Source of the DNA: a virus
Length of the DNA stretch: 64,000 nt
Reading direction: 5' to 3' (one strand)
Virus record (IMG/VR): IMGVR_UViG_3300018432_000001
Coordinates: 64,001-128,000 of that record
Shown here in pieces: positions 1 through 8,973 of the stretch (its first letter is position 1; the number at the start of each line of letters is the position of its first letter). The translations under genes were made by a program, and so were the position numbers. Below the pieces are notes generated by a model. The model was not told the DNA's origin and did not search any database. It saw nothing but the letters and a program-made list of their open reading frames with translations.

Positions 1-71
1 CGGCGGCGGCGGGGTCGGTAAGGACGAGGCGGAAGAAGCGGACGACAGCCGGGTCGGGTGGGTGGTTCATG

Positions 72-153
72 TGGACCGGGCAGGATTTGAACCTGCGATG
101 CGTGATGCAGCTGGTTTACAGCCAGCCCCTTTTGGCCGCTCGGGCACCGATCC
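72..153 (-). tRNA. tRNA-Tyr(GTA)
   Basis: Reverse complement GGATCGG...CCGGTCC-A folds as a cloverleaf; anticodon loop CTGTAAA; long variable arm; T-loop TTCAAAT. Confidence 0.92.
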
Positions 154-390
154 TTGTCGCCCGACTCCCCCCCTGGTGAAGCCGGGCGCGCCCGCTCTGC
201 GGGGAGTCCTACAGGTGTCCAAAGGTCACGCACGGCCTTCCCCGACAAGAAGCGACGTGAGTCTAACACGCAGTGCGGGAACGCCGGTGGTGCGTTTGGG
301 GTGATCGGCGGCGCCTCGAACCGTGTGAAGAAGCAATGCGACGCCGCCGAAACCGTGCCGGGTGTTGCCTAATCTCACCCGCACTGCGGG

Positions 391-669
391 TCATTGGCAC
401 GGGGGTTGCTCACCCGGAGGTGAGTATACGTCATCCGCATCGTGAGCGCATGTCATGTCCGGGACCTCGCCGTTGATGGCGAGTTCCTCGACCTGCTCGG
501 CGATGCCGCGAATGAACTGGGCGAGTTCGACCGTGACGACGACCTGCCGGTCGTCGCCGTAGTGCGGGAGGATCGATGCCGAGAGCTGCCCGGCGGCGAT
601 GGGGTATTCATCGCCTTCGGGGCCGCGCATGACCATCGTCCATTCGCCCAGATTCATCGTGCTCGCCAT
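391..669 (-). CDS. hypothetical protein (~92 aa)
   Basis: ATG (MASTMNLGEW) with GGAG RBS just after the terL stop. Confidence 0.6.
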   Translation of the reverse strand: MASTMNLGEWTMVMRGPEGDEYPIAAGQLSASILPHYGDDRQVVVTVELAQFIRGIAEQVEELAINGEVPDMTCAHDADDVYSPPGEQPPCQ

Positions 670-677
670 TCGCGCTC

Positions 678-2192
678 CTAGAAGAGGTCCGTGGTGGCCC
701 AGTCGACCGGGTCGGCGTGGATGCTGATCCCGATCGGCGGTTCGATGACTTCGCCTCGTCCGTATCCAGATCCCTTGAGGAGTCCTTGTGCGAGGTAGAC
801 CGTGGCGTCGATGCGTCCGGGGCTCTCTCGGGAACCGGGCTGCCAGGTCGTCCACTGCTGGATGAGCTTGTCATGTTCGCCTACCAGGCGGATGTCGCCT
901 TGTACCCAGTATTGGGCAACGGGGTCCGCGCGAATGCGTTTTCCGTATCGGGCGCGAACTTCATCTATTCGGGGGATGGGGACATCAGGCGGAATGGCAC
1001 CGTCTTCTTCCAGATCGGACCATGCTGACTGGATCTGGAGCTTGCACATCTCGCCGCCGAAGTTCGTCTCCACGAAGATGACGTCGGCCATCAGCTCGTA
1101 GGACAGGAGGGCGACCTCGCGGGCCCATTCGGTGGGGCTGGCCTGGCGGGACTTGTCGTCGGTGATGTAGCAGCGGTTGTCGTCGCCGAGGAATCCGGCG
1201 ACGATCCCGGCTTCGTCGCCGCCTGCGGTGCCGGAGGGGTCGACGGCGACGGCGACGCGGAGCTTGTCGGGGAGTGGTTCCCCGGGGCGGTGGCGGGATG
1301 CTTCGATCTGTTCGAGGTTGAGCAGGGCGCCCTCAACGGGCTGGGGGTCGCACTGGAAGAGGGCGAACCAGTCGCGCTTGGACAGCGAGGACTGTAGGCC
1401 GCCCCAGTGGGCGAGGAGCGCGTTCTTGTCCTTGTGAGGGATTTTCGGGTGGCCGAGGGGTTCGCCGAGGGCGCGGCCGAGCGGATCGTTCGCGTCGACG
1501 GCGATCGCCGGGAGGCGGATGATGTCCCACTCGTCGCCTTCGCGTTGCAGGAGGCGACCGGCGATGTCGTCTTCATGCCAGCGGGTGAGGACGAGGACGA
1601 TGGGTGCGCCGGGGGAGCCTCGGGTGATGAACGTGGAGGTCCACCAGTGGTCGACGGCGTCGCGGAAGATCTTCGATTCCGCTTCATCGCGGTCTTTGTG
1701 AGGGTCGTCACAGATGAGTAGGTCGCCGTCATGGCCCGTGAGGCCCGAGCCCACGCCGACAGTTTTCATGCCGCCACCGGCAGTGAGTTTCCAGGCTTGG
1801 GCGGTCCGCTGCTCCGGGGAGATGGTCAAGCCGAGCTTGTGGCCGTGCTCGCGGACGGCCTTGCGGACGTCGCGGCCCCAGTTCTTGGCCAGGTCTGAGC
1901 CGTAAGCGGCGGCGACGACCTGGTGGTGGGGACGATGGGCGAGCCACCACAGCGGGAACTTCTTGGTGACCAGTTCGCTCTTGCCGGTGCGAGGCGGCGC
2001 GAAGATCATGAGCTTGCGCTTGCCGCCGGGCTGGCCCAGCCGCGCCAGGCGCTCGCCGATGAGGCGGTGGTGGGGGCAGATCTGATAGCGCGGTTCAAGC
2101 CACGCGCCGAGACTGGCGGGATCGTGAAGGGCCTGGACGCGCGCGGCGTAGGCGTACAGCTCCGCGTCAGACAACTTCGAAAGATCCGGCAT
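678..2192 (-). CDS. terL: terminase large subunit
   Basis: Walker A APPRTGKS, Walker B LLICDD, coupling motif LTRWHEDD, RNase H-like nuclease VAVDPS...DEAGI...IDA. Confidence 0.93.
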   Translation of the reverse strand: MPDLSKLSDAELYAYAARVQALHDPASLGAWLEPRYQICPHHRLIGERLARLGQPGGKRKLMIFAPPRTGKSELVTKKFPLWWLAHRPHHQVVAAAYGSDLAKNWGRDVRKAVREHGHKLGLTISPEQRTAQAWKLTAGGGMKTVGVGSGLTGHDGDLLICDDPHKDRDEAESKIFRDAVDHWWTSTFITRGSPGAPIVLVLTRWHEDDIAGRLLQREGDEWDIIRLPAIAVDANDPLGRALGEPLGHPKIPHKDKNALLAHWGGLQSSLSKRDWFALFQCDPQPVEGALLNLEQIEASRHRPGEPLPDKLRVAVAVDPSGTAGGDEAGIVAGFLGDDNRCYITDDKSRQASPTEWAREVALLSYELMADVIFVETNFGGEMCKLQIQSAWSDLEEDGAIPPDVPIPRIDEVRARYGKRIRADPVAQYWVQGDIRLVGEHDKLIQQWTTWQPGSRESPGRIDATVYLAQGLLKGSGYGRGEVIEPPIGISIHADPVDWATTDLF

Positions 2193-2238
2193 AACCCGAA
2201 TCTACCTGAATGTCCGTTTTATTCAGCTATGAGACGAG

Positions 2239-2547
2239 TGCGCCGCGCTGCCATCGAGGTTAGAGCCGTGAAGCAGCGCGGCGCGTAATCTCCCGCGCAG
2301 AAACCCCTGCGCAGCCTGCACGGCCGTGTCCGATGCACGCCGTGCACGGCAGGGTCCCACCCTGCGATCTGCGATTGCGCCGGGCGCCCCGCCTGAACGT
2401 CGGGACCATCGGAGCCTCCGATGCTACCTGGAGGTGTGGCCTCACTGGTGAGCGCGTCACTTCTCACCGCACCCAGCGTCTGGGCTAACGTCCGGCTCCC
2501 CCCTTGCGCGTAGGGGGCCGACTGGCGGCGAGACCACGGTATGCCAG
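2239..2547 (+). ncRNA. candidate structured non-coding RNA (hairpin train)
   Basis: About 11 back-to-back stems in a gap with no convincing ORF; G-U extensions favour the + strand. Confidence 0.4.
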
Positions 2548-2556
2548 CTACCTGGT

Positions 2557-2799
2557 TTATAGCATCTGGTCAGGGGCGTTGCTCAGCCACAAGCCGAACT
2601 CGGTGGTGCCTTCGGCGTGCACGCTGGAGTGGCTGACCATCCACATCAGCGCGGCTTGGCGCGTGTCGGCCGTGGCACAGGCACTGCACGAGCTGCGCCC
2701 CTGGCAGCAGATGATCACCGGATAGCAGTATCCGATGTCGTCGAGCAGCCGGTTGAACGACCACAGGGGACTGCCCACCAGCAGTGCGTCAGGGTTCAT
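2557..2799 (-). CDS. hypothetical protein (80 aa)
   Basis: TAGGAT -10-like hexamer 6 nt upstream of the ATG; Cys-rich. Confidence 0.55.
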   Translation of the reverse strand: MNPDALLVGSPLWSFNRLLDDIGYCYPVIICCQGRSSCSACATADTRQAALMWMVSHSSVHAEGTTEFGLWLSNAPDQML

Positions 2800-3148
2800 G
2801 CCCTGATCCTAAGCGCGGAGGTGGCGCGGTGAGGTCGTCTTCGCGGATGAAGTAGGCACGCGGCGCCGTCCACCACGCGATGGTCTGACCGCCGTCGCCG
2901 GTGAACGGCGCCTCGCCGTAGAGCACGAACACACCCGGGGCCACCGTGATGTACCCCTGGGGTGGATCGCTGCCATAGTCGTCCCGGTCGCGGCGACCCA
3001 CGTGGATCTGGATGCCCGGGTCGAGCTTGCCTTCCATGTCGGTGGCCCAGTCCGCCAGCCGCAGCATCAGCCGGGACTTCAGCGCGGGAGGACACACTAG
3101 GGTGATCGGCGGCTGGAACAGATAGGAATGGTCGACCTGCTCGCTCAC
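2789..3148 (-). CDS. hypothetical protein (~119 aa)
   Basis: GTG start (MSEQVDHSY) with GGAGG RBS, overlapping the upstream stop. Confidence 0.6.
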   Translation of the reverse strand: MSEQVDHSYLFQPPITLVCPPALKSRLMLRLADWATDMEGKLDPGIQIHVGRRDRDDYGSDPPQGYITVAPGVFVLYGEAPFTGDGGQTIAWWTAPRAYFIREDDLTAPPPRLGSGHEP

Positions 3149-3492
3149 ATGACCTCCGGATCTTTGAGGAGGTCGGCGGCCGTGATCGTGAATGATGGGC
3201 TGTGGAACAGCTCGTGCCACCAGCGCCAGCGGATCGTCTTGCCCCGCGAGGTGAACGGCAGCGGCCCGTACTGGTCGAGCATCGGTGCTTCCAGCGTCCA
3301 GTAGGCCATGCCACTGCAGCCGCAGGAGGAGCCGGTGCGGTAGTGCAGGCGCACATCCGTGCGGCCCTCGGAGGTGGCGCACCACGAGACCAGCGCCTGC
3401 GCGAGACGCTGTTTCACTGCTTTGTCCTGCGGCAGGAGTTCGATCAGGCGCGGATCGCGGCGCACCGATACGGACAGCACGGGATCTCTCAT
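3145..3492 (-). CDS. hypothetical protein (~115 aa)
   Basis: ATG (MRDPVLSV) in ATGA overlap with the HIT gene stop. Confidence 0.6.
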   Translation of the reverse strand: MRDPVLSVSVRRDPRLIELLPQDKAVKQRLAQALVSWCATSEGRTDVRLHYRTGSSCGCSGMAYWTLEAPMLDQYGPLPFTSRGKTIRWRWWHELFHSPSFTITAADLLKDPEVM

Positions 3493-3911
3493 GACTGCTC
3501 CACCTCGGCAGGCGTCGGTGTCCACGGGAGCACGATTCCGTCGCCTTTGCTTCTGGGCAGGTAGTGCAGATGGAGGTGGTCGACGGTCTGGGTCGCTTCG
3601 GCGCCGACGTTGATGATGAGGTTGAAAGGTCTGCGCTGGGCAAGGGCGTACTGCCAGGCGGCCATCCACATGTACGCGGTCGGCGAGTGGCTGACGGCGA
3701 CGCCGTGGTCTTTGGTGACGTGCAGGCGCGGGATGAACAGCACGTGGCCCTCGACGCGAGGGTTGAGGGGGACGATCGCGATGGCGTTGGTGAACTTGGC
3801 GACGACCTGGGCGGGCGCCTGACCGGTGATGATCTGGCAGAACGGGCACGGATCGCTGGAGCGGGCGTCCCCCTCGGTGGTGCTCGCTGCTTGACTGGAC
3901 GCCCGCGTCAT
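3489..3911 (-). CDS. HIT (histidine triad) family hydrolase
   Basis: CPFCQI, P..EGHVLFIP..H, N.G..A.QTV.HLHLH. Confidence 0.9.
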   Translation of the reverse strand: MTRASSQAASTTEGDARSSDPCPFCQIITGQAPAQVVAKFTNAIAIVPLNPRVEGHVLFIPRLHVTKDHGVAVSHSPTAYMWMAAWQYALAQRRPFNLIINVGAEATQTVDHLHLHYLPRSKGDGIVLPWTPTPAEVEQS

Positions 3912-4306
3912 GCTCCTGCTTCCACAGTGTATCCGATCGATTCTCGCGTCCACATCGAACATGGACCGGTCGTGTCGATGAGGTGATACTCACCGGATTC
4001 GACGATGCCGCCGGTGGCCAGCGGGTGGCGCTGGAGCCGCGCGCAGGCCGCGATGCCGATACGAGGCCGCGCGCCGGTACGTCGCTGGCGGGCAAGGTAC
4101 CGCTTCGCGCAGCGGCGCTCGGCCTTGGTCGTGCGCGGTTCGCACAGCAGCCCGGCAGCGCGGAGCTTCGGGCCGAGGACGTCGGTGAGGCAGGCGGACA
4201 GCTGCTCGAAAGAGTCCTGCAGGCCCTGAACGGCATCGCCCAGCGCCTGCCCCACGGTATGGAGGTACGCCCGCAGGGACGCGAACGGCATGTTTGAATC
4301 GCTCAT
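3908..4306 (-). CDS. hypothetical protein (132 aa)
   Basis: ORF coupled to the HIT gene. Confidence 0.55.
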   Translation of the reverse strand: MSDSNMPFASLRAYLHTVGQALGDAVQGLQDSFEQLSACLTDVLGPKLRAAGLLCEPRTTKAERRCAKRYLARQRRTGARPRIGIAACARLQRHPLATGGIVESGEYHLIDTTGPCSMWTRESIGYTVEAGA

Positions 4307-4337
4307 CTATCCATGTTCGCGCACACCGGCTGCGAAA

Positions 4338-4910
4338 TCAGGGATAGAACCGCTTCGCTGCGCGCATTGCGGCGCGCTTGCACTTCCGGGCCGCCTTCAC
4401 CTGGCGGGTATTGCGGGTCACCACGGCCTTGGTGAACGAGCCGTCAGGGTCGTAGTGCATCTCCATGACCTGCGCGTGGTCGGTGTCCTCGTCGAACAGC
4501 CAGAAGTCATGGCCCTTCTTGCGGACGCGGCTGACCCACTCTCCCGGTTCGACCCATGCGATGCGGATGTCTTCCCCGGCGGCTTTGTTCCGCTTGTACC
4601 ACTCGAACTCGAAGCGGAGGTAGTCGCCGAGGGTGAGCTTGCCGTCCTCGTCGGTGTGGCGCTCGATGATGTGGACGCGTCCGATGTCCCTACCCGCCTC
4701 CACCGCTGGGACGATCACCTCATCGATCCATGTGGTGGGACGGTCGTGAATGAGGCTCAGGTCGCCCTTGAGGAACGCCTCATAGGCCTCGTCCTCATAG
4801 GCGACGCTGTAGGAGTCCAGGGTCTCCAGGCGCCACGCCGAGTCGGTGAACGAGGTGAAGTACTTGTGGAACTGCGGATCGTCCAGGTCGAAGATCTCAG
4901 TAACGCGCAT
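4338..4910 (-). CDS. DUF6879-like protein (~190 aa)
   Basis: SAWRLETLDSY, GR.IGRVHI, DYLRFE, AGEDIRI, DFWLFD match this actinomycete family as I recall it; AGGAG RBS. Confidence 0.75.
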   Translation of the reverse strand: MRVTEIFDLDDPQFHKYFTSFTDSAWRLETLDSYSVAYEDEAYEAFLKGDLSLIHDRPTTWIDEVIVPAVEAGRDIGRVHIIERHTDEDGKLTLGDYLRFEFEWYKRNKAAGEDIRIAWVEPGEWVSRVRKKGHDFWLFDEDTDHAQVMEMHYDPDGSFTKAVVTRNTRQVKAARKCKRAAMRAAKRFYP

Positions 4911-5739
4911 GGTAGCTCCTGACGGCGTCGGCAACGATGGTCCAGAGGTCGTCCGCATTATCGTGCATGGGGAAATGGCCTGAGTTCTCGATGCCTTGGG
5001 CGATGACGCCGAGCTCCGCGAAGCGCTCGCGGTGGTGTTCGGGGAAGCCGCTGCGCTCGCCGTAGAGGTACACGGTGTCTCTGAGGTCGCTTTCGCGCGG
5101 GTGGTTGCGCTCGTTGTCGCACCAGCCGACGACCGAGGCGGCCAGATTGACGAGGAACTGGGGTTCGCAGGAGGCGAGGTCGGCGCCCCAGCGGCGCATC
5201 GCGGCGTCGTCGTCGGCGGCGACGTCGGTGATGAACTGCTCGACGGCGTCGGTGCCTTTCGCCAGGGACCGCGACGCCAGCGAGCAGTCCTCGCCGGTGA
5301 TGTTGCCTTCGATGGAGATGAAGCGGCCTCGCCGGTGCGTGGGGAGCCCATACCAGGCGCTCAAAGCGGGGAGCACCCCCATGGAGTGGGCGACGACGTG
5401 GACACGAGTTTCGTCGGTCATGTGCGCGACGAGTTCGAGCGCACCCTGCACGCATCCCGACAGCGTCGTGATGAGGCCGCCGGAGCGGTGGCTGCGGGCG
5501 AGATGGTTTTCAGGGGAGTCGCCTTGGCCGGGCAGATCGATGCTGATCAGGGCGTGGGTGCGCAGCGCTTCATGCCGGAAGGCGCTGTCGAACCAGTTGC
5601 GGTGGCAGCCGAGGCCGGGGACGAAGACGATCGGGTCGAGGAGGTTCATCTGGCCGTAAGCGATGCGGTCAGCTGCGGGCCGGAAGCTGAAGGTGAGAGG
5701 GAACACGGTCAGGTCATGGAGGTAGTGAACGATCTTCAC
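4897..5739 (-). CDS. alpha/beta fold hydrolase
   Basis: VFVPGLG, IDLPGQGDS, nucleophile elbow AHSMG, C-terminal SGHFPM; start uncertain. Confidence 0.85.
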   Translation of the reverse strand: MKIVHYLHDLTVFPLTFSFRPAADRIAYGQMNLLDPIVFVPGLGCHRNWFDSAFRHEALRTHALISIDLPGQGDSPENHLARSHRSGGLITTLSGCVQGALELVAHMTDETRVHVVAHSMGVLPALSAWYGLPTHRRGRFISIEGNITGEDCSLASRSLAKGTDAVEQFITDVAADDDAAMRRWGADLASCEPQFLVNLAASVVGWCDNERNHPRESDLRDTVYLYGERSGFPEHHRERFAELGVIAQGIENSGHFPMHDNADDLWTIVADAVRSYHARY

Positions 5740-5748
5740 GCAGACGTC

Positions 5749-6072
5749 CTATCGATGGCGCATTCGGTTGACGATCCGGGCGGGCACGCGCAGATGCCTG
5801 CCTGACCCAGGGCTGCTGCAGCAGTCCCGGTCGCTCCAGGTGCCCTTGAACAGCCGCTTGGAAGTGTTCCGGCCGCCTTTGGGGCACGGCTTCCACTTGC
5901 GGATCAGACCGTGAACGAACCAGACGATAACGAACGCGCTGACGCCGATGATGAGCGCGTTGCGCAGCTCGGGGTAGGTCGTGACAGCCCACCATAGGGC
6001 GCTCCCGAGGGCCTTGACGACCATCAGCAGAAGAGCGCCGAAGGCCCCGAGGGCATTAAGAAGGCCGTCCAT
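5749..6072 (-). CDS. small membrane protein with Cys-containing C-terminus (~107 aa)
   Basis: MDGLLNALGAF start overlapping the upstream stop; two hydrophobic segments. Confidence 0.6.
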   Translation of the reverse strand: MDGLLNALGAFGALLLMVVKALGSALWWAVTTYPELRNALIIGVSAFVIVWFVHGLIRKWKPCPKGGRNTSKRLFKGTWSDRDCCSSPGSGRHLRVPARIVNRMRHR

Positions 6073-6608
6073 CAGCTGGCGTTGAGGGCGCTGTTGATCT
6101 GGGTCTCGGCTTCGTTGAGGGCGCCCGCGAGCTGTGGGGCGCCTTCGGCGGCCTCGGTAACTTGGCCGAGGATGCCCATCACCATGCTCACGGCCTCGGT
6201 CTTGGCGTGCTCGGCGACGGCCTGCAGGTTCCCGAGGAACTCGGTGATGCCCTGTGCTTTCGCACTGGCGGTAACGCATTGCTCTTGAGCTTCCTGCGCA
6301 TAGGACAGGGCCTGCTGGGCGACGTCGGCGACGTGGCCGCCGACGGCTTCGGCAGTGGCCGCATGGGCCTGTGCGGCCGAAACGTGGGCTTCAGCGGCGG
6401 TGACGGTGTTGTTCGCGGCCGTGGTGACCGTGTCGCTTTGGACACCGACAGCCCCGAGGGTCTCGATGAGGGTGTTGATGGCGGCGGTGATGGTCGCGGC
6501 GGCATCGGTGAGGTGTTCAGGGATGCGGGCCATTTCCCCGGCGAGGGTCTCGGCTTCGGCTTTGGCGGTGGTGACGGTGGTGAGGTGATCGTTCGCGGCG
6601 CCGCTCAT
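6072..6608 (-). CDS. Ala/Thr-rich helical hypothetical protein (178 aa)
   Basis: GAAAGGA RBS; amphipathic helical composition. Confidence 0.7.
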   Translation of the reverse strand: MSGAANDHLTTVTTAKAEAETLAGEMARIPEHLTDAAATITAAINTLIETLGAVGVQSDTVTTAANNTVTAAEAHVSAAQAHAATAEAVGGHVADVAQQALSYAQEAQEQCVTASAKAQGITEFLGNLQAVAEHAKTEAVSMVMGILGQVTEAAEGAPQLAGALNEAETQINSALNAS

Positions 6609-6748
6609 GACGTCCTTTCAGGTACTGGGTGATTCGTGAGGATATCGCACACCAGCATGCGACCGGTTTTCGCCCGATACCAGAGACAAGTACGTTTTTG
6701 AACTAGTTCGTGGTGCATTTACTCTTTTGTCCGGTTTATGCTGTTGTG

Positions 6749-7228
6749 GTGGATGACTGGCTGACGATCGCGCTTGCCCTGGCCCTGACGGCCAGGATCA
6801 CGCGGCTGATCACGTTCGACACGATCACCCAGCCGATCCGCGATCGGCTGCCCGGACTACTCGGTGCCCTGGTGCAGTGCCCCTGGTGCTCGGGGTTCTG
6901 GGCCGCCGTCGCCGTCGCCTTCTCCTGGCACTGGTGGGCCGACCAGACCTGGTGGCAGATCAGCGCGCTCATCGGCGCGCTCTCCTGGTTCGCCGGAGCC
7001 GTCTCCAACGCCGCGATGCCCGGCCAGCATGAAGTGGCCATGGTCGGACCCGTCGCGCTGCTCAACGCCGACGAGCCGGTCCGCGAGACCGTCGAGCGCG
7101 TCGAGACGACCAACGAGATCCACATCGACACGCGCGAGGAAGCCGATCCCGAGGAGATCGCCCGGATCGTCGTCGATGCCTTGCAGCGCGCCAAGTGGGG
7201 CCCGAACAAGGCGGGCGGGTCTGACTGA
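6749..7228 (+). CDS. DUF1360-like membrane protein
   Basis: RITRLITFDTITQPIR...LVQCPWCSGFW; TATGCT -10-like hexamer 6 nt upstream of the GTG; start uncertain (6710 possible). Confidence 0.75.
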   Translation: MDDWLTIALALALTARITRLITFDTITQPIRDRLPGLLGALVQCPWCSGFWAAVAVAFSWHWWADQTWWQISALIGALSWFAGAVSNAAMPGQHEVAMVGPVALLNADEPVRETVERVETTNEIHIDTREEADPEEIARIVVDALQRAKWGPNKAGGSD

Positions 7229-8967
7229 TGGGGTTCGGCTCGCAGCTCAAAAGCCTGACCGCCGCTATGTTTCGCGGCCAACCGGCCGGTGTTCCCACCG
7301 GCCGCATCGGCATGGGCTCGTACGCGCTGCAGGGCGCCACCGCCGAATGGCAGGCCGAAGCCGCTGAGCTGTACAACGTCGTCCCCGAGCTGCGCTACGG
7401 CATCTACTGGATCGCTTCCTCGGCCTCCCGCGCGACGCTCACCGTCGCCAAGAAGCCTACCGGCGAGCAGACCACCCCCGAGACCGTTTCCCGTGACAAC
7501 CCGGCGTGGGAGCCGCTCAACGAACTCGCGCCTACCGCCCCCGAGCAGGCGATGCTCATCTACCGCATCGTCACGCTCATGAAGCTCCTCGGGCGGTGGC
7601 GGCTCGTGGGCTTCGATACCGACGAGGGCAAGCGCCAATGGGTCGTCACCTCCGAATACGACTACAACGAATCGGGCAACGGCGTCAGCGTCCACGACGC
7701 CTCCAGCGGCGTCAACTACACCCTCAGCCGCGACCAGGTGTGGTCGATCCCGATGCTCATGCCCCACCCCATCCGCTCCTCCGAGCCCGACGCCCCCACC
7801 CGCGCGCTCATCCCCACCCTCCACGAACTCATCGACCTGTCCGGACACGTCCAGACCGCTGCCAAATCGCGCCTGGCCGGTGCGGGCCTGCTCCTCATTC
7901 CCAACCAGGTCTCCACCGTCGCCCCCGGCCAGTCCAGCGGCGTCAACCCACCCGATGGCGACCCGGCGATGAACGCGCTCATGCGCACCGCCCAGGCCAG
8001 CCTGCGCTCCCCCACCGACGTTTCCCGCCACCTGCCGGTCATTTTCAAAGGCCAGCAGGAAGCCCTCAACGCCGTCCGACACCTCAGCCTCCAAACCCCC
8101 TTCGACGAACGCGTCGACTCCCTGCGCACGTCAGCGGTGCGGCGCATTGCGATCGGCCTCGACCTCCCTGCCGAGGTCCTCAGTGGACTTGGTGATCTGA
8201 ATCACTGGACAGCGTGGGCTGTGGAGGCCTCCGGCCAGCGCGTGAACATCGAGCCCACCCTCAACTTCGTGTGCAGGGAACTGACGACGAAGTTCCTGCA
8301 GCCCGCACTCAAGGCCATGGGCCTGCCCGACGCCGACCAGTACATGGTCTCGTTCGACCCGGCCGGGGCCCAGTCCGAGGCGAACAAGGGCGACTTGGCG
8401 CTGGCGGCCTATGAGCTAGGCGTCATCTCGGCCGACGCGGCGCGTAGCGCCTTGGGCTACGGCTCGGAGGACGCGCCGCAGCCCGGGTCGGTGCCGCCGG
8501 TGCAGATGGGCGTTCCCGGTGAGCGGGAAGGGGGCCTGGTCCCCAGTGCCATGGACCGCCTTGCCGACCGGCTGCGCGACCAGACCAACCGTGCCGGTCC
8601 TGCTTCGGGGACGCAGTCGCAGGTGGGTCTCGAATCGCTGGCAGCGGACGCCGGATGGGCGGCCTGCGCCGACATCGGGGCGAGGCGCGCGCTGCGCCGG
8701 TGCGGGCAGTACCTCCTGGGATCTTCGCGGGCGCTGCGCGGCCGGTACCGCGATACGCCCTTGGAGGCGATGCACACCCAGATCCGCGCTGAGCCCGACA
8801 CGGTCGCCTCTGCGCTGCGGGACGGGTTCGCCGAATTGGCCGAGGCCGCGCCGCAGTTGGTCGACCCCGTAGCCAGCTATGTCCGCTTTAGGATAGAAAC
8901 AGGTACTAAGCACGATAAGTCCGAAATGTGCAGGTATCTTCTAGAAGAGGCGACCACGAGGGGGTAG
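7228..8967 (+). CDS. portal protein
   Basis: 579 aa; YNVVPELRY..W.A...SR, SRLAGAGLLLIP, R.AIGLDLP.E.L.G....NHW.AW typical of cluster-B-type portals; first large head gene. Confidence 0.85.
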   Translation: MGFGSQLKSLTAAMFRGQPAGVPTGRIGMGSYALQGATAEWQAEAAELYNVVPELRYGIYWIASSASRATLTVAKKPTGEQTTPETVSRDNPAWEPLNELAPTAPEQAMLIYRIVTLMKLLGRWRLVGFDTDEGKRQWVVTSEYDYNESGNGVSVHDASSGVNYTLSRDQVWSIPMLMPHPIRSSEPDAPTRALIPTLHELIDLSGHVQTAAKSRLAGAGLLLIPNQVSTVAPGQSSGVNPPDGDPAMNALMRTAQASLRSPTDVSRHLPVIFKGQQEALNAVRHLSLQTPFDERVDSLRTSAVRRIAIGLDLPAEVLSGLGDLNHWTAWAVEASGQRVNIEPTLNFVCRELTTKFLQPALKAMGLPDADQYMVSFDPAGAQSEANKGDLALAAYELGVISADAARSALGYGSEDAPQPGSVPPVQMGVPGEREGGLVPSAMDRLADRLRDQTNRAGPASGTQSQVGLESLAADAGWAACADIGARRALRRCGQYLLGSSRALRGRYRDTPLEAMHTQIRAEPDTVASALRDGFAELAEAAPQLVDPVASYVRFRIETGTKHDKSEMCRYLLEEATTRG

Positions 8968-8973
8968 GGCGCG

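Noticed and set aside
6072-6608. WXG100/type VII secretion substrate
   Set aside because: Helical and Ala-rich, but no WXG motif (no Trp) and too long
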